From the NCBI GenBank assembly GCA_965198115.1, contig OZ240241.1, forward strand, positions 3,008,001 through 3,072,000: 64,000 nt of DNA. Reading direction: 5' to 3'. Under the pieces are notes generated by a model that made no database searches, was not told the origin of the DNA, and saw only the letters and a list, made by a program, of their open reading frames with translations. The position numbers and the translations under genes are program-made. This DNA comes from Candidatus Latescibacterota bacterium (GTDB lineage Bacteria; Latescibacterota; UBA2968). Positions within the stretch are counted from its first letter, which is position 1. Every line of letters begins with the position of its first letter. Of the stretch, positions 9,297 through 19,231 are shown piece after piece.

Positions 9297-12200
9297 CTAG
9301 GTCTCCGCCTTGAGCATCGGAATCACATCCACACTCAGTGCAACCCGCGTCGTCACCCAGCACGCGAACACACCGACGGCGACAATCAAGCCCAGCGTGG
9401 AGCCGAGAGAAACGAACGGTACTCGTGTGGCAGTTTCGACCAGATGGGGCGCGACGGAAATGGTGCCGGCGAGCGCACCGATACACACCCCCGATAGAAG
9501 CAGAAAAAGACCTTCAGCTAAAACCATCCTGCCCAGAGCGTTGCGACGATACCCCACGGCTCTCATCACCGCGAATTCTCTCCGCCGATCAATCGCGTTC
9601 TTCATCATCACAATAGCCAGCCCGACCGTTCCCAAACAGAGCCCGAGCCCACCGAGGACTTGGAAGGTCGACATATACGTATTCTCGACCGCCTTGTAGG
9701 ACGCCAGACGCTGGACGGACGTGACGGTATCGAAACCGAACCGGCCAAGTCGTCGCTCGAGACTGAGCGCGACGTCCCCCACCCTTTCTGCTGGTGTGTC
9801 GATCAGAAAAAACTGATAGCCTTCCTGCGAAGGGAAAACTTCCAGAAAGCGATCTTCGGCAATCATCAGCTCGCCCTGCAGCAAACTGTTCTGCAATAGA
9901 CCGACGATTCTGAGACGCACGGGCTCGTTCCGATCGTCGAGGACCACAACGTCATCTCCCAGACCCAGGTGCAAGATCCAGGTTGCAGAAGCATAATCGG
10001 CAATAGCCGGAATCGCGCCATCGCCGAATTCGCGATACAGAACCGACCAAGGACTTTCAGCCGGCTCACCGTCTACCCCCCGGAGCGACGTCAACTGCGG
10101 GGAGTCCACCGCCTGAAAATTAAAACCCCCTCGCTCTGCCATCCGTCTGCTCACACCAAGGATCTTAGGGAATCGAGGTTGGTAGAGATTGAGACAGCTC
10201 ACATCTTCGCCAGGCTTGACCCTGAAGGCCAAGACCTCGGTACCCTCGAAGGCTGCGACTTCGCCCTCGCTGAACCCCAGATCGATGCGGGTGCTCCTCC
10301 GCTCGAGGTCCAGCAGAATCGGCGAATCGCTTTCCGCCACCAGCTCGAATCCCCCCGTACCCGGATGGTCGAACGAGAGTGCGTCGTGTCGGTTCGCACC
10401 GACAGCCACGATCACGAAACTCGCACACGCCACGAGCGTCACGCTCAGCAGACTTCGCCCTCGGTTTCGGGACGCGTTGGAAACGCCCAGCCCCAGGTGG
10501 GAGGACGCCCACGGTGTCGACGTGCTGCTCAATCGACCCGCAAGAAAAGCGATTCCAGCCATGAGCAGGCTCGCGCCCACGGCGAAAAACAGAATAGTCC
10601 GCGTAGCAGCGTCACTTCCCACGCCCCCGGCAAGGCACAACCCGGCCACGAACAGCCCTACCTGGCCCCATCGCCGCCACAGGAGGGAAGGAGTCTCGGG
10701 CGGGTTGATCGATGCTCCAGCGAGCAGCATCCGGACGGGAACTCGCAGCACGCGTTTGACCGTCAGCAGAATCGTTGCGACGATCACCACGGCTGACACG
10801 GCTAAGCCAACGACGAAGCTGCTCAACGTATAATGCGGCGTCAGCAGTCGGGTCCCAACGGCTGCGACCCATGCAGAGGAGAGACTGTCCATCAGCGCGC
10901 TGCAGTAAAGGGCAGCACCCGGGAGTCCGGCCGCACAGCCAACGAGAGCAACGACACCTGCTTCCACCGTCCACCGCCTCCGCACGGAAGAGGACACGAA
11001 ACCCGTGGCAAGCAGCAATCCTGCCTCACTGCGTCGACGTTCAAGAGAGAGCCCGTACAGAAGAGAGACGAGCAGAATCGAAGACACGATCAGAAATAGA
11101 CTGAATCCAATGAACAACCCGCTGAAATCGGTTGCACCCGACGAGGCTGCCAGACCATCGGCCAGGGACGTGACCACCTGGAGTCCGGACGAGCCGGAAG
11201 GAAGTGCCGCCAGCATCTCCTGCTCGAATTCGTGCCGCACCCTCTCATCCGTACCGAGTAAACGCACGCCCGACAGAATGCCGAACGGACTCTCCCACAG
11301 GGCTCGACCCTTCGGCAGAGACACGAAAGCTTTGGGTGTCGCGGCGTGCGCGTCCCAATAGGCCTCATCCTCGAACTCGATTCGTGTCAGATCGACGGGA
11401 AAGGGCGCATTCCACGCGGCCATGTCGTCGGCGTCGTGCAGTCCCGGAAAATCGGGCGTCAGGGCGGGATCGGACGCGAGACCGGCCATCTCGACACGAC
11501 CGGCGACGTGCAACGTTTCCGTTCGCTCATCGAGATCTTCTTTGGGGCTGAAGTGGTAATAGGTCAGTCGCAGCTCGTCGCCTGGCCGGCTCAACAGCCG
11601 ATCGGCCGCCCATGTGTTCAGGACGATCTCATCCTCGACAGGGATCCGGAGCCCTGTAACGCCCAGCCGATGGTTTGCCTCGCCCTCGATCAACCCCACC
11701 GCCGAAACAGTCGAGTATGGAATCGACGCGGAGCCGACGGTCATCTCGTTCGCCAAATAGGTCAGGATTCCAAGAACCGGTACGCCCATCGCCCGACCGA
11801 CGTGTTTGGCCGCCTTCACGCCTTCCTCGCCGATCAGAAAACCGTCGCTCTCCAGGGCGAGTCCTCCTTTCCGACCCACGATTCGGAGTCCGAAATCGAC
11901 CAGCTCCAGTCCCCTCGAAAGGTCGGCAAAGACCGCTTCGCTCGACGCATCCGCCTCAGGATGCGCCACAAGCAACCGGTTGACCCGATCCCCGACGTTC
12001 AGCACTCGCTGGAGCCCAGGCAGGGAGACATAGCCCACGAGCGGCAACGCCTGGTTCGGTTCCAGCGAAAAACGATTCCCACCATCCGGCTTCGGCGCCT
12101 TGCCCACGCGTAGACGCAAGACCTCGACCGACGACGTAGCCTCTTCGCGCCCAAACAGCGTTTCACGATGGGCATTGCTCGGACGGGCGAAGGACATCTG

Positions 12201-12641
12201 GACGCGATCGCCAGCGGAAACACTGACAGCCAGACGTGCCGGCTGGTTCAGAAGAATTGTCCGTGGCCGTCGAGTCTCTGGTTCGAAGCTCAGTTCTGAC
12301 TTCGGAAACAGGCTGTTGAACCGTTCGTCGACCGCAAAGACGGTCACCGATCGAGCTCGTGCGCCAGTCGACAGGTTCTCGAGCGTGGCCGTGAGCTCGA
12401 TGACCGGCACGACCACCGCCTCTGTTTCAGCAGCGAGGTTTTCAGCCAGCTGGGCACGGAAGTATTGAGCGGACCTGACGGCGTGGGTCACAATCCCAAG
12501 ACGTTCAACGGTTAACGCCCTCAGACTACCCCGTACCGAATCGCCAACCAGGAGGGCGCCGGTCAGAACGGACGTCGCAACCGCCGTTCCCAGCGCGACC
12601 ACCAGATGCTGCCGCCAATAGTGCCGTAGACTCCGTGTCAC
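9297..12641 (-). CDS. Large ABC transporter permease (duplicated MacB-PCD/FtsX type, ~1114 aa)
   Basis: RSLRHYWR start overlapping the ATPase stop (GTGA). Two FtsX-like TM blocks with ERRRSEAGLLLATGF and DRRREFAVMRAVGY motifs. Confidence 0.88.
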   Translation of the reverse strand: MTRSLRHYWRQHLVVALGTAVATSVLTGALLVGDSVRGSLRALTVERLGIVTHAVRSAQYFRAQLAENLAAETEAVVVPVIELTATLENLSTGARARSVTVFAVDERFNSLFPKSELSFEPETRRPRTILLNQPARLAVSVSAGDRVQMSFARPSNAHRETLFGREEATSSVEVLRLRVGKAPKPDGGNRFSLEPNQALPLVGYVSLPGLQRVLNVGDRVNRLLVAHPEADASSEAVFADLSRGLELVDFGLRIVGRKGGLALESDGFLIGEEGVKAAKHVGRAMGVPVLGILTYLANEMTVGSASIPYSTVSAVGLIEGEANHRLGVTGLRIPVEDEIVLNTWAADRLLSRPGDELRLTYYHFSPKEDLDERTETLHVAGRVEMAGLASDPALTPDFPGLHDADDMAAWNAPFPVDLTRIEFEDEAYWDAHAATPKAFVSLPKGRALWESPFGILSGVRLLGTDERVRHEFEQEMLAALPSGSSGLQVVTSLADGLAASSGATDFSGLFIGFSLFLIVSSILLVSLLYGLSLERRRSEAGLLLATGFVSSSVRRRWTVEAGVVALVGCAAGLPGAALYCSALMDSLSSAWVAAVGTRLLTPHYTLSSFVVGLAVSAVVIVATILLTVKRVLRVPVRMLLAGASINPPETPSLLWRRWGQVGLFVAGLCLAGGVGSDAATRTILFFAVGASLLMAGIAFLAGRLSSTSTPWASSHLGLGVSNASRNRGRSLLSVTLVACASFVIVAVGANRHDALSFDHPGTGGFELVAESDSPILLDLERRSTRIDLGFSEGEVAAFEGTEVLAFRVKPGEDVSCLNLYQPRFPKILGVSRRMAERGGFNFQAVDSPQLTSLRGVDGEPAESPWSVLYREFGDGAIPAIADYASATWILHLGLGDDVVVLDDRNEPVRLRIVGLLQNSLLQGELMIAEDRFLEVFPSQEGYQFFLIDTPAERVGDVALSLERRLGRFGFDTVTSVQRLASYKAVENTYMSTFQVLGGLGLCLGTVGLAIVMMKNAIDRRREFAVMRAVGYRRNALGRMVLAEGLFLLLSGVCIGALAGTISVAPHLVETATRVPFVSLGSTLGLIVAVGVFACWVTTRVALSVDVIPMLKAET

Positions 12642-13288
12642 AACATCGTCCCTATATCGAGCCGACGATCGAAACGATCGGCGAGCGTCGCACTGTGTGT
12701 CACGACGACGAGAACACCTTCTCGTGATGCGTGCAGGCTGAAAAGGAGATCGGACACCGTCTCCGCCGTCTGCGAATCCAGGTTCCCGGTCGGCTCGTCG
12801 CACAGGAGGAGACCGGGTGAATAGATCAGCGCCCGGGCGATCGCCGCTCGCTGTCGCTCCCCACCGGATAGAGCGGCCGGCTTGTGGTCCACACGGTCGG
12901 AAAGCCCGACCCGGTCGATCAAGTCACGGGCACGATCGCGGTGGGCAGTCTCGATTCGCTCGAAAGCGTGAACAGGAATCAGGACGTTCTCGATCAGGGA
13001 ATACTGGGGCAGAAGGTGGGCTTCCTGGAACACGAACCCGATCGACCTGTTCCGAAACAGGGCAAGGTCTGGCTCGGAAAGAGCGAACGGATCCTTCCCG
13101 TCTATCCGCACTTCACCCGTCGTCGGTCGGTCCAGCGTACCCAGAATGTGAAGCAACGTACTCTTCCCGCAGCCAGACGGCCCAACGATGCAAAGCGCCT
13201 CGCTGGCGGAGAGAGAAAAGGAGAGATCGGACAGAATCCGGAGATCGCCGAAGGATTTGGAGAGGGAGTTGACGGCGAGAGAACTCAT
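12638..13288 (-). CDS. ABC transporter ATP-binding protein (LolD/MacB-like)
   Basis: Walker A GPSGCGKS, LSGGERQR signature, CDEPTGNLD, VTH switch. Confidence 0.95.
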   Translation of the reverse strand: MSSLAVNSLSKSFGDLRILSDLSFSLSASEALCIVGPSGCGKSTLLHILGTLDRPTTGEVRIDGKDPFALSEPDLALFRNRSIGFVFQEAHLLPQYSLIENVLIPVHAFERIETAHRDRARDLIDRVGLSDRVDHKPAALSGGERQRAAIARALIYSPGLLLCDEPTGNLDSQTAETVSDLLFSLHASREGVLVVVTHSATLADRFDRRLDIGTML

Positions 13289-13716
13289 TCCTGGGATCCG
13301 GAATCGGTGTCTTCAATTTTCGCCGCAACCGCTTCCGGGATTCCCACAGCCTTCATCTTGCCGCCTGGCTCGACTACGCAACAGGCCGTCGTGATTTGCC
13401 CTTCGGCGATGAGTATGCCTTCGCGTGTGAAGGTGTAGCCGAACGTCATCGAGCGCTCGCCTTTCCGAGTCACTTCCAGGCGAATGTCCAACTCGTCCTC
13501 GAAGAAAGCGGGCGCCCGAAAATCGCACGAAGCCGAAACTCGAGGCCATCCGATCTTCTGGCCGTCGTGTTCGGCCATGACGGAGGTGTCCAGCGAGCGA
13601 AGGAACTCGTGCTCTGCCGACTCCATATACCCGAAGAAGCGGGAGAAGTGGACAATGCCGGCCAGGTCCGTATCGGAGAACTCGACCCGTCGCGTCGTCG
13701 TGAAGGCCGTGGGCAT
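13285..13716 (-). CDS. Acyl-CoA thioesterase (4HBT/YbgC hot-dog family)
   Basis: RRVEFSDTDLAGIVHFSRFFGYMESAE motif. Confidence 0.9.
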   Translation of the reverse strand: MPTAFTTTRRVEFSDTDLAGIVHFSRFFGYMESAEHEFLRSLDTSVMAEHDGQKIGWPRVSASCDFRAPAFFEDELDIRLEVTRKGERSMTFGYTFTREGILIAEGQITTACCVVEPGGKMKAVGIPEAVAAKIEDTDSGSQE

Positions 13717-14264
13717 CAGTCCAGACCTACCACGTCGGCCAGCCCGGCATAGCCGTTCGCCGATAAACGCTCCCCGCTCAGGGCGAAGTAACCGGGGCCT
13801 GCGGTCAGCCCGAGACCTTCGACGAACCGATTCATCATGTTGAACAGCGCGCAGACGGCGACGGCGTCGTGCAGCGCCTGCTCATCCCATCCGGCATCCA
13901 GGACTTCATCGGCATCATCGGACGTCACGCGCGACGGGGTTCGGGTCAGCTTTCCGACGTAGCGCAGAATCGGTTTGAGTTTCTCATCCACTTCCGAGCT
14001 GTCGAGATCTTCCATAGCGCTCTGCAGGACGTCGGATGCAACTCCGAACTGTTGTGCGACGGCCGTGTGCACGCCTTGACAATAGTGGCAGGCGTTCACG
14101 CCAGACACATAGGCAGCGATCAGCTCCCGCTCCGCCGCCGAGAGCGGCGACACTTTTCGCATCACGGCCTCGTGATAATCGAGCAGGGGACGCACCGTAT
14201 CGGGGAAACGCTTGAAGACGTCGACCAGGACGGCATCTTCGGGAACCGATCGCAGGAAGGGCAT
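13716..14264 (-). CDS. AhpD-like/carboxymuconolactone decarboxylase family (peroxidase-related) protein
   Basis: ERELIAAYVSGVNACHYCQGVH (CxxC plus H) and FNMMNR. Start reassigned to the ATG at 14264, 2 nt after the upstream stop. Confidence 0.85.
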   Translation of the reverse strand: MPFLRSVPEDAVLVDVFKRFPDTVRPLLDYHEAVMRKVSPLSAAERELIAAYVSGVNACHYCQGVHTAVAQQFGVASDVLQSAMEDLDSSEVDEKLKPILRYVGKLTRTPSRVTSDDADEVLDAGWDEQALHDAVAVCALFNMMNRFVEGLGLTAGPGYFALSGERLSANGYAGLADVVGLD

Positions 14265-14266
14265 TC

Positions 14267-14767
14267 TCAGGTTCCCGGCCGGTATAGCGTGACGAGTGCA
14301 CCCCCCGCGGCCGCACAGACGATACCTAGAAGGAACTCCCAGTTCAGCGCACCGAATCCACCCTTGGGAGGGTGCACAGCCATGGCCACACACGCGTTCA
14401 CGATCGGAGCACCCGCGAACACGATCGACATCACGACCGGTGGTGTTCCCTTTGCGCCGAACGCCAGCAGAATCCCGAAGGCACCCAATGCCCCGGCGAT
14501 ACCGGCCACGGTCGACCAGACCATCCCCTTCATCGGGAAACCGAAGTCTGAGCCATTCAGCTTCAGCACGATCAACGACCCGATCACCGCCGTCAGCACG
14601 TAGGCGACGCCGACGAACAGGTAGGCTTTGTAACGACCGTTCACAGGGTCCGCCATCGACAGCTGACCCGTGTGCAGCAGGACGCCGTAACACCCCCACG
14701 AGGCAACCGAAATCATCGCAAAAGCCAACCACATGAATCCCGATCCCGCAACCTGTTCACCAGCCAT
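14267..14767 (-). CDS. Small multi-TM membrane protein (DMT/EamA-like half)
   Basis: About 5 hydrophobic helices, WGCYG motif, RBS GGAGG upstream. Confidence 0.7.
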   Translation of the reverse strand: MAGEQVAGSGFMWLAFAMISVASWGCYGVLLHTGQLSMADPVNGRYKAYLFVGVAYVLTAVIGSLIVLKLNGSDFGFPMKGMVWSTVAGIAGALGAFGILLAFGAKGTPPVVMSIVFAGAPIVNACVAMAVHPPKGGFGALNWEFLLGIVCAAAGGALVTLYRPGT

Positions 14768-14800
14768 GCATGCCTCCCGTTTGATTGACGGCGACGAGCT

Positions 14801-16081
14801 TCATCCGGCCAGCCGCCTGTAGATTGCCATCGTATTCTCCGCCATCGTTTCGACCGTATATCGATCGAAAACGGCTTCCCGTCCGCGTCGGCCCAAATCG
14901 GCTCTCAGCGGTTCATCGTTCATCAGACGTTCGATCGCATCCGCAACGTCCGAGGGTGCATCCGAAGCCGACAGGATCCCGCCCCCCGTGCCTTCGATCA
15001 GCTCGGGGAACGCCCCGTGATCGGGTTGGACGACGGGGATGCCACACGCCATCGCCTCCAGCGCGAACAGACCCTTCGGATCGTGGTAGGGTGTGGGCAC
15101 GCTCAACACGTCGAGGTCTTGGAGGAAGGCGATCTTTTCCTCCCGGTCGATGTCGAACGCGAACGAAACATTCCCGTCCAGACCGCCCGTCTCAACCTGA
15201 CCCCTGACCGTCTCGAAGTAGGCTTCGTCCCGCTTACCCAACCAACCGGCGACCCGCAGAGACGGTGCACGCTCCGCGCGTGTGTGCAGGAGACGGACGG
15301 CCTCGATCAGATTGTGCAATCCCTTCTCAGGACAGATGCGTGCGAGGTAGCCGATCCTGAACGGTTCATCCTCTGCTCTGTCCCCCGTCGAGAAGCCCTC
15401 CACGCGAATGCCCAGAGGAACGACATCGACCTGTTCGGGGCCCAACCCGAGCCTTTGTGCCATGTGTCGTGCATAATAATGACACGGTGCAATGTGCGCA
15501 TCCGCCTCGCCCGCCCGTTCGCGCAGGAGACGATACGCTTCGGCCTTGTAAGGTTCGACCAACCCATCCAGAAAAATGTCTTCGCCCGCGAATGCCACGA
15601 CAACGGGCGCGCCCACGGCTTCTCTGAGACCGGCCGCAAACCCGCCGAACATCGAGTTCGTCAGCTGAATCACATCCGGCTCGAAGTCCCGAAGGAATTC
15701 GATCAGTTTCTGCATCTCCTTGACGTGGGGGCCGCGGTCGCCCTGCAGCATCGAAACCGTCAGCCCACACAGGTCCTCCGCTTTTGTCGACCCCGACAGA
15801 CGTCCGAGGGAATCGAGAAGGGCCGGATGGTCCAGCAACCGGTCGACGAACCCGGGTGTGTACCGAAACATCGACCACTTCTGCTGAAGGTAGACGTTCA
15901 CGCCACCGAAGAACACACGGTCCAAACTGACGTCCTCGTCGTCCGTTCGGAGCGGCGTGTAGGTCGGAATCAGCACGACCTCGTGCCCCTGGTCGATCAA
16001 GGCTGAGGCGAGTGCGTTGTCCCGGATGCAGGTGCCGCAGTACATGCCGGCTGCACCCGCTGCAACGTAGGCGATTCGCAT
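14801..16081 (-). CDS. Glycosyltransferase family 4 with N-terminal CxxC
   Basis: MRIAYVAAGAAGMYCGTC start (TGATG overlap), GYLARICPEKG, PKGLFALEAMACGIPVV GT-B motif. Confidence 0.88.
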   Translation of the reverse strand: MRIAYVAAGAAGMYCGTCIRDNALASALIDQGHEVVLIPTYTPLRTDDEDVSLDRVFFGGVNVYLQQKWSMFRYTPGFVDRLLDHPALLDSLGRLSGSTKAEDLCGLTVSMLQGDRGPHVKEMQKLIEFLRDFEPDVIQLTNSMFGGFAAGLREAVGAPVVVAFAGEDIFLDGLVEPYKAEAYRLLRERAGEADAHIAPCHYYARHMAQRLGLGPEQVDVVPLGIRVEGFSTGDRAEDEPFRIGYLARICPEKGLHNLIEAVRLLHTRAERAPSLRVAGWLGKRDEAYFETVRGQVETGGLDGNVSFAFDIDREEKIAFLQDLDVLSVPTPYHDPKGLFALEAMACGIPVVQPDHGAFPELIEGTGGGILSASDAPSDVADAIERLMNDEPLRADLGRRGREAVFDRYTVETMAENTMAIYRRLAG

Positions 16082-17556
16082 CAGCCGGATTTCCCGAATG
16101 GGTCGAAGAATCGGTGCAGTCGCTCTTCGGACGGCGCCCTCGTCGCAATCGAGACGACAAACAGAACGGCGACACTGGCCGCCGTCATCCCAACGACCGG
16201 CATGAGCCCCGTTCCTCCGATCGTATAGCCGGAGTCGTTCCAAGCCCGGCTGACGAAGTAGACCCACGACAGCGCGACGGTTCCGAAAGCGGCAAGAACG
16301 GCCGCACGCGTCGTCCGACGCCAGAAGACCGAAGCGACGACCACGGGAAACAGCGCTGCGAACCCGGAGAACGACCAGATGCCCAGACGAAAGATGCTTC
16401 GGTCGACGACCAGGGATAGCGCGAAAACCAGAGCCAGGACAATCGCCACGAAGAGACGGGCGCAGAGCACTTGTTGTCGCTCCGACATCTGATCGTCGAA
16501 CCCGTAGTGGCGCACGATATCCTGCGTGAACATCGTACCGACGGCCAGAACCTGCGAGTCGAGCGACGACATGACCGCGGCGAAAACGCCGGCACCCAGG
16601 AGCCCGGCCAGGATTCCGGGCGCGTGGGTGTCGATGACCCTCACCAGCACGGCGTTGGCGGCCGGCCCCTGCAGATCGGGAAAATCGATCCGTCCCATCA
16701 CACCCAGAAGCACGCTCGGGACCCAGACGATCGCGATGCAAAGGGGATAAAGAGCCACCGGCCACCGAAAGGAGGACTCATCCCGTGCCGTCAACCAGTG
16801 CATGAAGAGATGGGGAAACATACCGGCCGACAAGGGGATCATCGTGTAGGAGGCGAACTGGGCCGGGGAGATCATACCCTCTCGCTGCAGGAGACCCGGA
16901 TGAATCGAATCGACGGCATCAAGAGCCGCAGCGAGACCGCCGTGCCGGCTGACGATCAAACCGACCGTCGCTGCTCCGAGCGTCATGAAAACGAGCGTCT
17001 GAAAGGCGTTCGCCCACGCCGTCCCCCTCAATCCACCGTAGCAGACGTAAGCCAGAACGACCGCGCAGACCACGAACGAGCCTACCCAGTGGGGAACCGA
17101 CCCGTCGGTGATCTGATGGAAGGTGATCCCGCCACCCATCACGCCGATCAACAGATACGGAACGACCAGCGCAACGTTCAGCACGAACAGGGCCAGACCG
17201 ACTCCGTCCGATCCGAAGCGGTCCCGAAAATACTGGGCCTGGGTCACGTAGCCGTATCGCTTTCCCAGCCGCCACAACCGAGTACCCACGAACAGGAAGA
17301 TGACCGGAATCACGATGGCCGAGGATGAACCCATCAACCCGAACACGCCGATCCCGTGGTGGTAGGCTTCACCCGACGCGCCCAGGATCGAGAACGCCGT
17401 CATGTTCGTGCCGAACAGGGACATCAGGAGAAAAAACGGGCCGATCGTCCGGCTCGCGACGAAATAGTCCTCGCCGGTGCCTCTGAACAACCTGTGGCTG
17501 AGCGCACCGACCACCAGAACGATCGCCAGGTAGCCAACGATCACCCCCAGAACCAT
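16081..17556 (-). CDS. Sodium:solute symporter (SSS) family protein
   Basis: EDYFVASR, YGGLRGTAW, FAAVMSSLDSQ motifs; about 13 TM segments. Confidence 0.9.
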   Translation of the reverse strand: MVLGVIVGYLAIVLVVGALSHRLFRGTGEDYFVASRTIGPFFLLMSLFGTNMTAFSILGASGEAYHHGIGVFGLMGSSSAIVIPVIFLFVGTRLWRLGKRYGYVTQAQYFRDRFGSDGVGLALFVLNVALVVPYLLIGVMGGGITFHQITDGSVPHWVGSFVVCAVVLAYVCYGGLRGTAWANAFQTLVFMTLGAATVGLIVSRHGGLAAALDAVDSIHPGLLQREGMISPAQFASYTMIPLSAGMFPHLFMHWLTARDESSFRWPVALYPLCIAIVWVPSVLLGVMGRIDFPDLQGPAANAVLVRVIDTHAPGILAGLLGAGVFAAVMSSLDSQVLAVGTMFTQDIVRHYGFDDQMSERQQVLCARLFVAIVLALVFALSLVVDRSIFRLGIWSFSGFAALFPVVVASVFWRRTTRAAVLAAFGTVALSWVYFVSRAWNDSGYTIGGTGLMPVVGMTAASVAVLFVVSIATRAPSEERLHRFFDPFGKSG

Positions 17557-17747
17557 CACGCTTCCTCGTTCCGGTCGACCAGGGACTTCCCCAGACCATA
17601 GAGCATCGCGGAAACAGCGATGCACAGCGCAACGTGATATGAGAGACCCACGGGCAAACCCAGAACCCGCGTGTCCACCGACCAGAACCACACGTCCTGA
17701 TGCAGAAAGACGAGTGCAACCAGGCCGAAACCACAAAGACGTCTCAA
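17556..17747 (-). CDS. Small SSS-associated 2-TM protein (DUF3311/DUF997-like)
   Basis: LHQDVWFW...VLGLPVGLSYH. RBS GGGAGG; stop overlaps the SSS start. Confidence 0.75.
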   Translation of the reverse strand: MRRLCGFGLVALVFLHQDVWFWSVDTRVLGLPVGLSYHVALCIAVSAMLYGLGKSLVDRNEEA

Positions 17748-17788
17748 GCGACCTCCCCTTCAATCCATGCCTGAATCAGGTCCACAGC

Positions 17789-17950
17789 ATCCCCGTGCTC
17801 TACACTGAGACCATGAAAGATAAGCGGAAAGGCGCCCTCGTGCAGAGCACGAGGGCGAGCATGGCGCATTATATATTTTTAAGAAAAACAATGCGTTGCG
17901 CTCGTCCCTGTGCCTGTCCCGAGCTTGTCGAAGGGCTCTACACAGGGACG
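17789..17950. repeat. Cluster of REP-like palindromes (family A, CCCYGTGYAGAGCACRGGGRYGAGC) with a nested family-B unit
   Basis: Hairpin 17833-17857 (+), inverted copy 17900-17950 carrying a 23-bp insert (17913-17935), partial copy 17789-17805; another copy at 39454. Confidence 0.7.
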
Positions 17951-17992
17951 TATAGATGGTTCCGTCTGGGGCGTCACCGACCCTCGCAGGCG

Positions 17993-19228
17993 CTACACCC
18001 AAGACGCTCCGGGCAACGCACAACTCTTCGACATCGACTCGAACAGGGGTGTCACGTCGACCCGGTAGACCTTCCCGCTCAGGATATCGACGATGTGCTG
18101 CTGGCACTCCGGATTCGCTTTCAAAAATTCACCGAAGCTGAAATCCTCGGAGTAGAACGCGTAGACCAGTTTCCGAATCGATTCCATGCCTTGAAGATAC
18201 TCGGTCAGGAATCGGCCGAGACGCTCGCCCGAAAGGTCCCCCTCCCGAAGACCATCGACGATCGCATCGGCCGCCATTTCGCCCGATTTGAGCGCCAGAA
18301 AGATGCCGGATGAATAAACGGGATCGAGGAATCCGAACGCGTCGCCCACGAGCACCCAGCCCTCTCCCGCAATACGGTCGGCTCGATACGAGAAGTCGCG
18401 CGTCGTTTTCATCGGAAAGACCTGCGTCGCGCACGACAGTCGGTCGACCATCGGCGCGCACAACGCCAACTCCCGCTCAAAAATGCCCTGGGCGTCGAGC
18501 GACCGGTCGTTGAACAGGTAATCGATGTCCCCCACGATTCCCACACTCACCCGATTCTCCAGCAACGGGATATACCAGAACCAGCTGTCCCTGTTGGCCG
18601 TCGTCAGAATGAGCGTTGCCCCCTCGTCGATGCCTTCGTCGCGGATGCCGTTTTCGTAGTGCGTGAAAACGGAAGCCTTCCGCAAGGAGGGCTCCGCTCG
18701 GATGATCTTCAGCTTGCGCGAAAGCAGCGCGCTCTGACCGCTTGCGTCTACGACGACGCTACACCCGTGTTCTTCGCTCTCGCCACTCGCCATCTTCACA
18801 CGAACGCCCGTCGCCCGACCGTCGTCGAACAGCACCTCGAGCACTGATGCACGCAGAACGACGTCCACGCCCTTCTCCGACGCGTGGTCCTGCATCATCC
18901 GATCGAAATCGCTGCGCAGTACCTGCCACGTCACCGAACTCTCGTGCGGGTCGTTCTCGTTGAAATAGAAGGGCGCCGATGCCCGCCCGGACGCACCGTA
19001 AAATTGAACGCTGTATTTACGTGGATAAGCTGTCTTCGCCAGCTTTTCGAGCAGCCCCAGACGCTCGAACGTCCAATACGTACCGGGCATCAGGGACTCG
19101 CCGATTTTGAACGTCGGTTCGGCGTTCCGTTCGAACAACCGAACATCAAAGCCGGCGTCGGCCACGAGTGCGGCCGTCGTCGTACCCGCTGGGCCCCCTC
19201 CGACCACGATCACGTCCGGATCTGCCAT
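17993..19228 (-). CDS. Flavin-dependent halogenase-like FAD oxidoreductase
   Basis: GGGPAG FAD motif, KIGESL, conserved Lys in YPRKY, WFWYIP (WxWxIP) motif, GDAFGFLDPVYSSG. Confidence 0.85.
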   Translation of the reverse strand: MADPDVIVVGGGPAGTTTAALVADAGFDVRLFERNAEPTFKIGESLMPGTYWTFERLGLLEKLAKTAYPRKYSVQFYGASGRASAPFYFNENDPHESSVTWQVLRSDFDRMMQDHASEKGVDVVLRASVLEVLFDDGRATGVRVKMASGESEEHGCSVVVDASGQSALLSRKLKIIRAEPSLRKASVFTHYENGIRDEGIDEGATLILTTANRDSWFWYIPLLENRVSVGIVGDIDYLFNDRSLDAQGIFERELALCAPMVDRLSCATQVFPMKTTRDFSYRADRIAGEGWVLVGDAFGFLDPVYSSGIFLALKSGEMAADAIVDGLREGDLSGERLGRFLTEYLQGMESIRKLVYAFYSEDFSFGEFLKANPECQQHIVDILSGKVYRVDVTPLFESMSKSCALPGASWV

Positions 19229-19231
19229 CCC

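Noticed and set aside
12642-17763. Apparent N-terminal extensions or fusions in the ORF track (1168, 338, 654 and 560 aa ORFs; also 42628-43062)
   Set aside because: The extensions overlap upstream genes and are Arg/Gly-rich junk. True starts coincide with stop/start overlaps.
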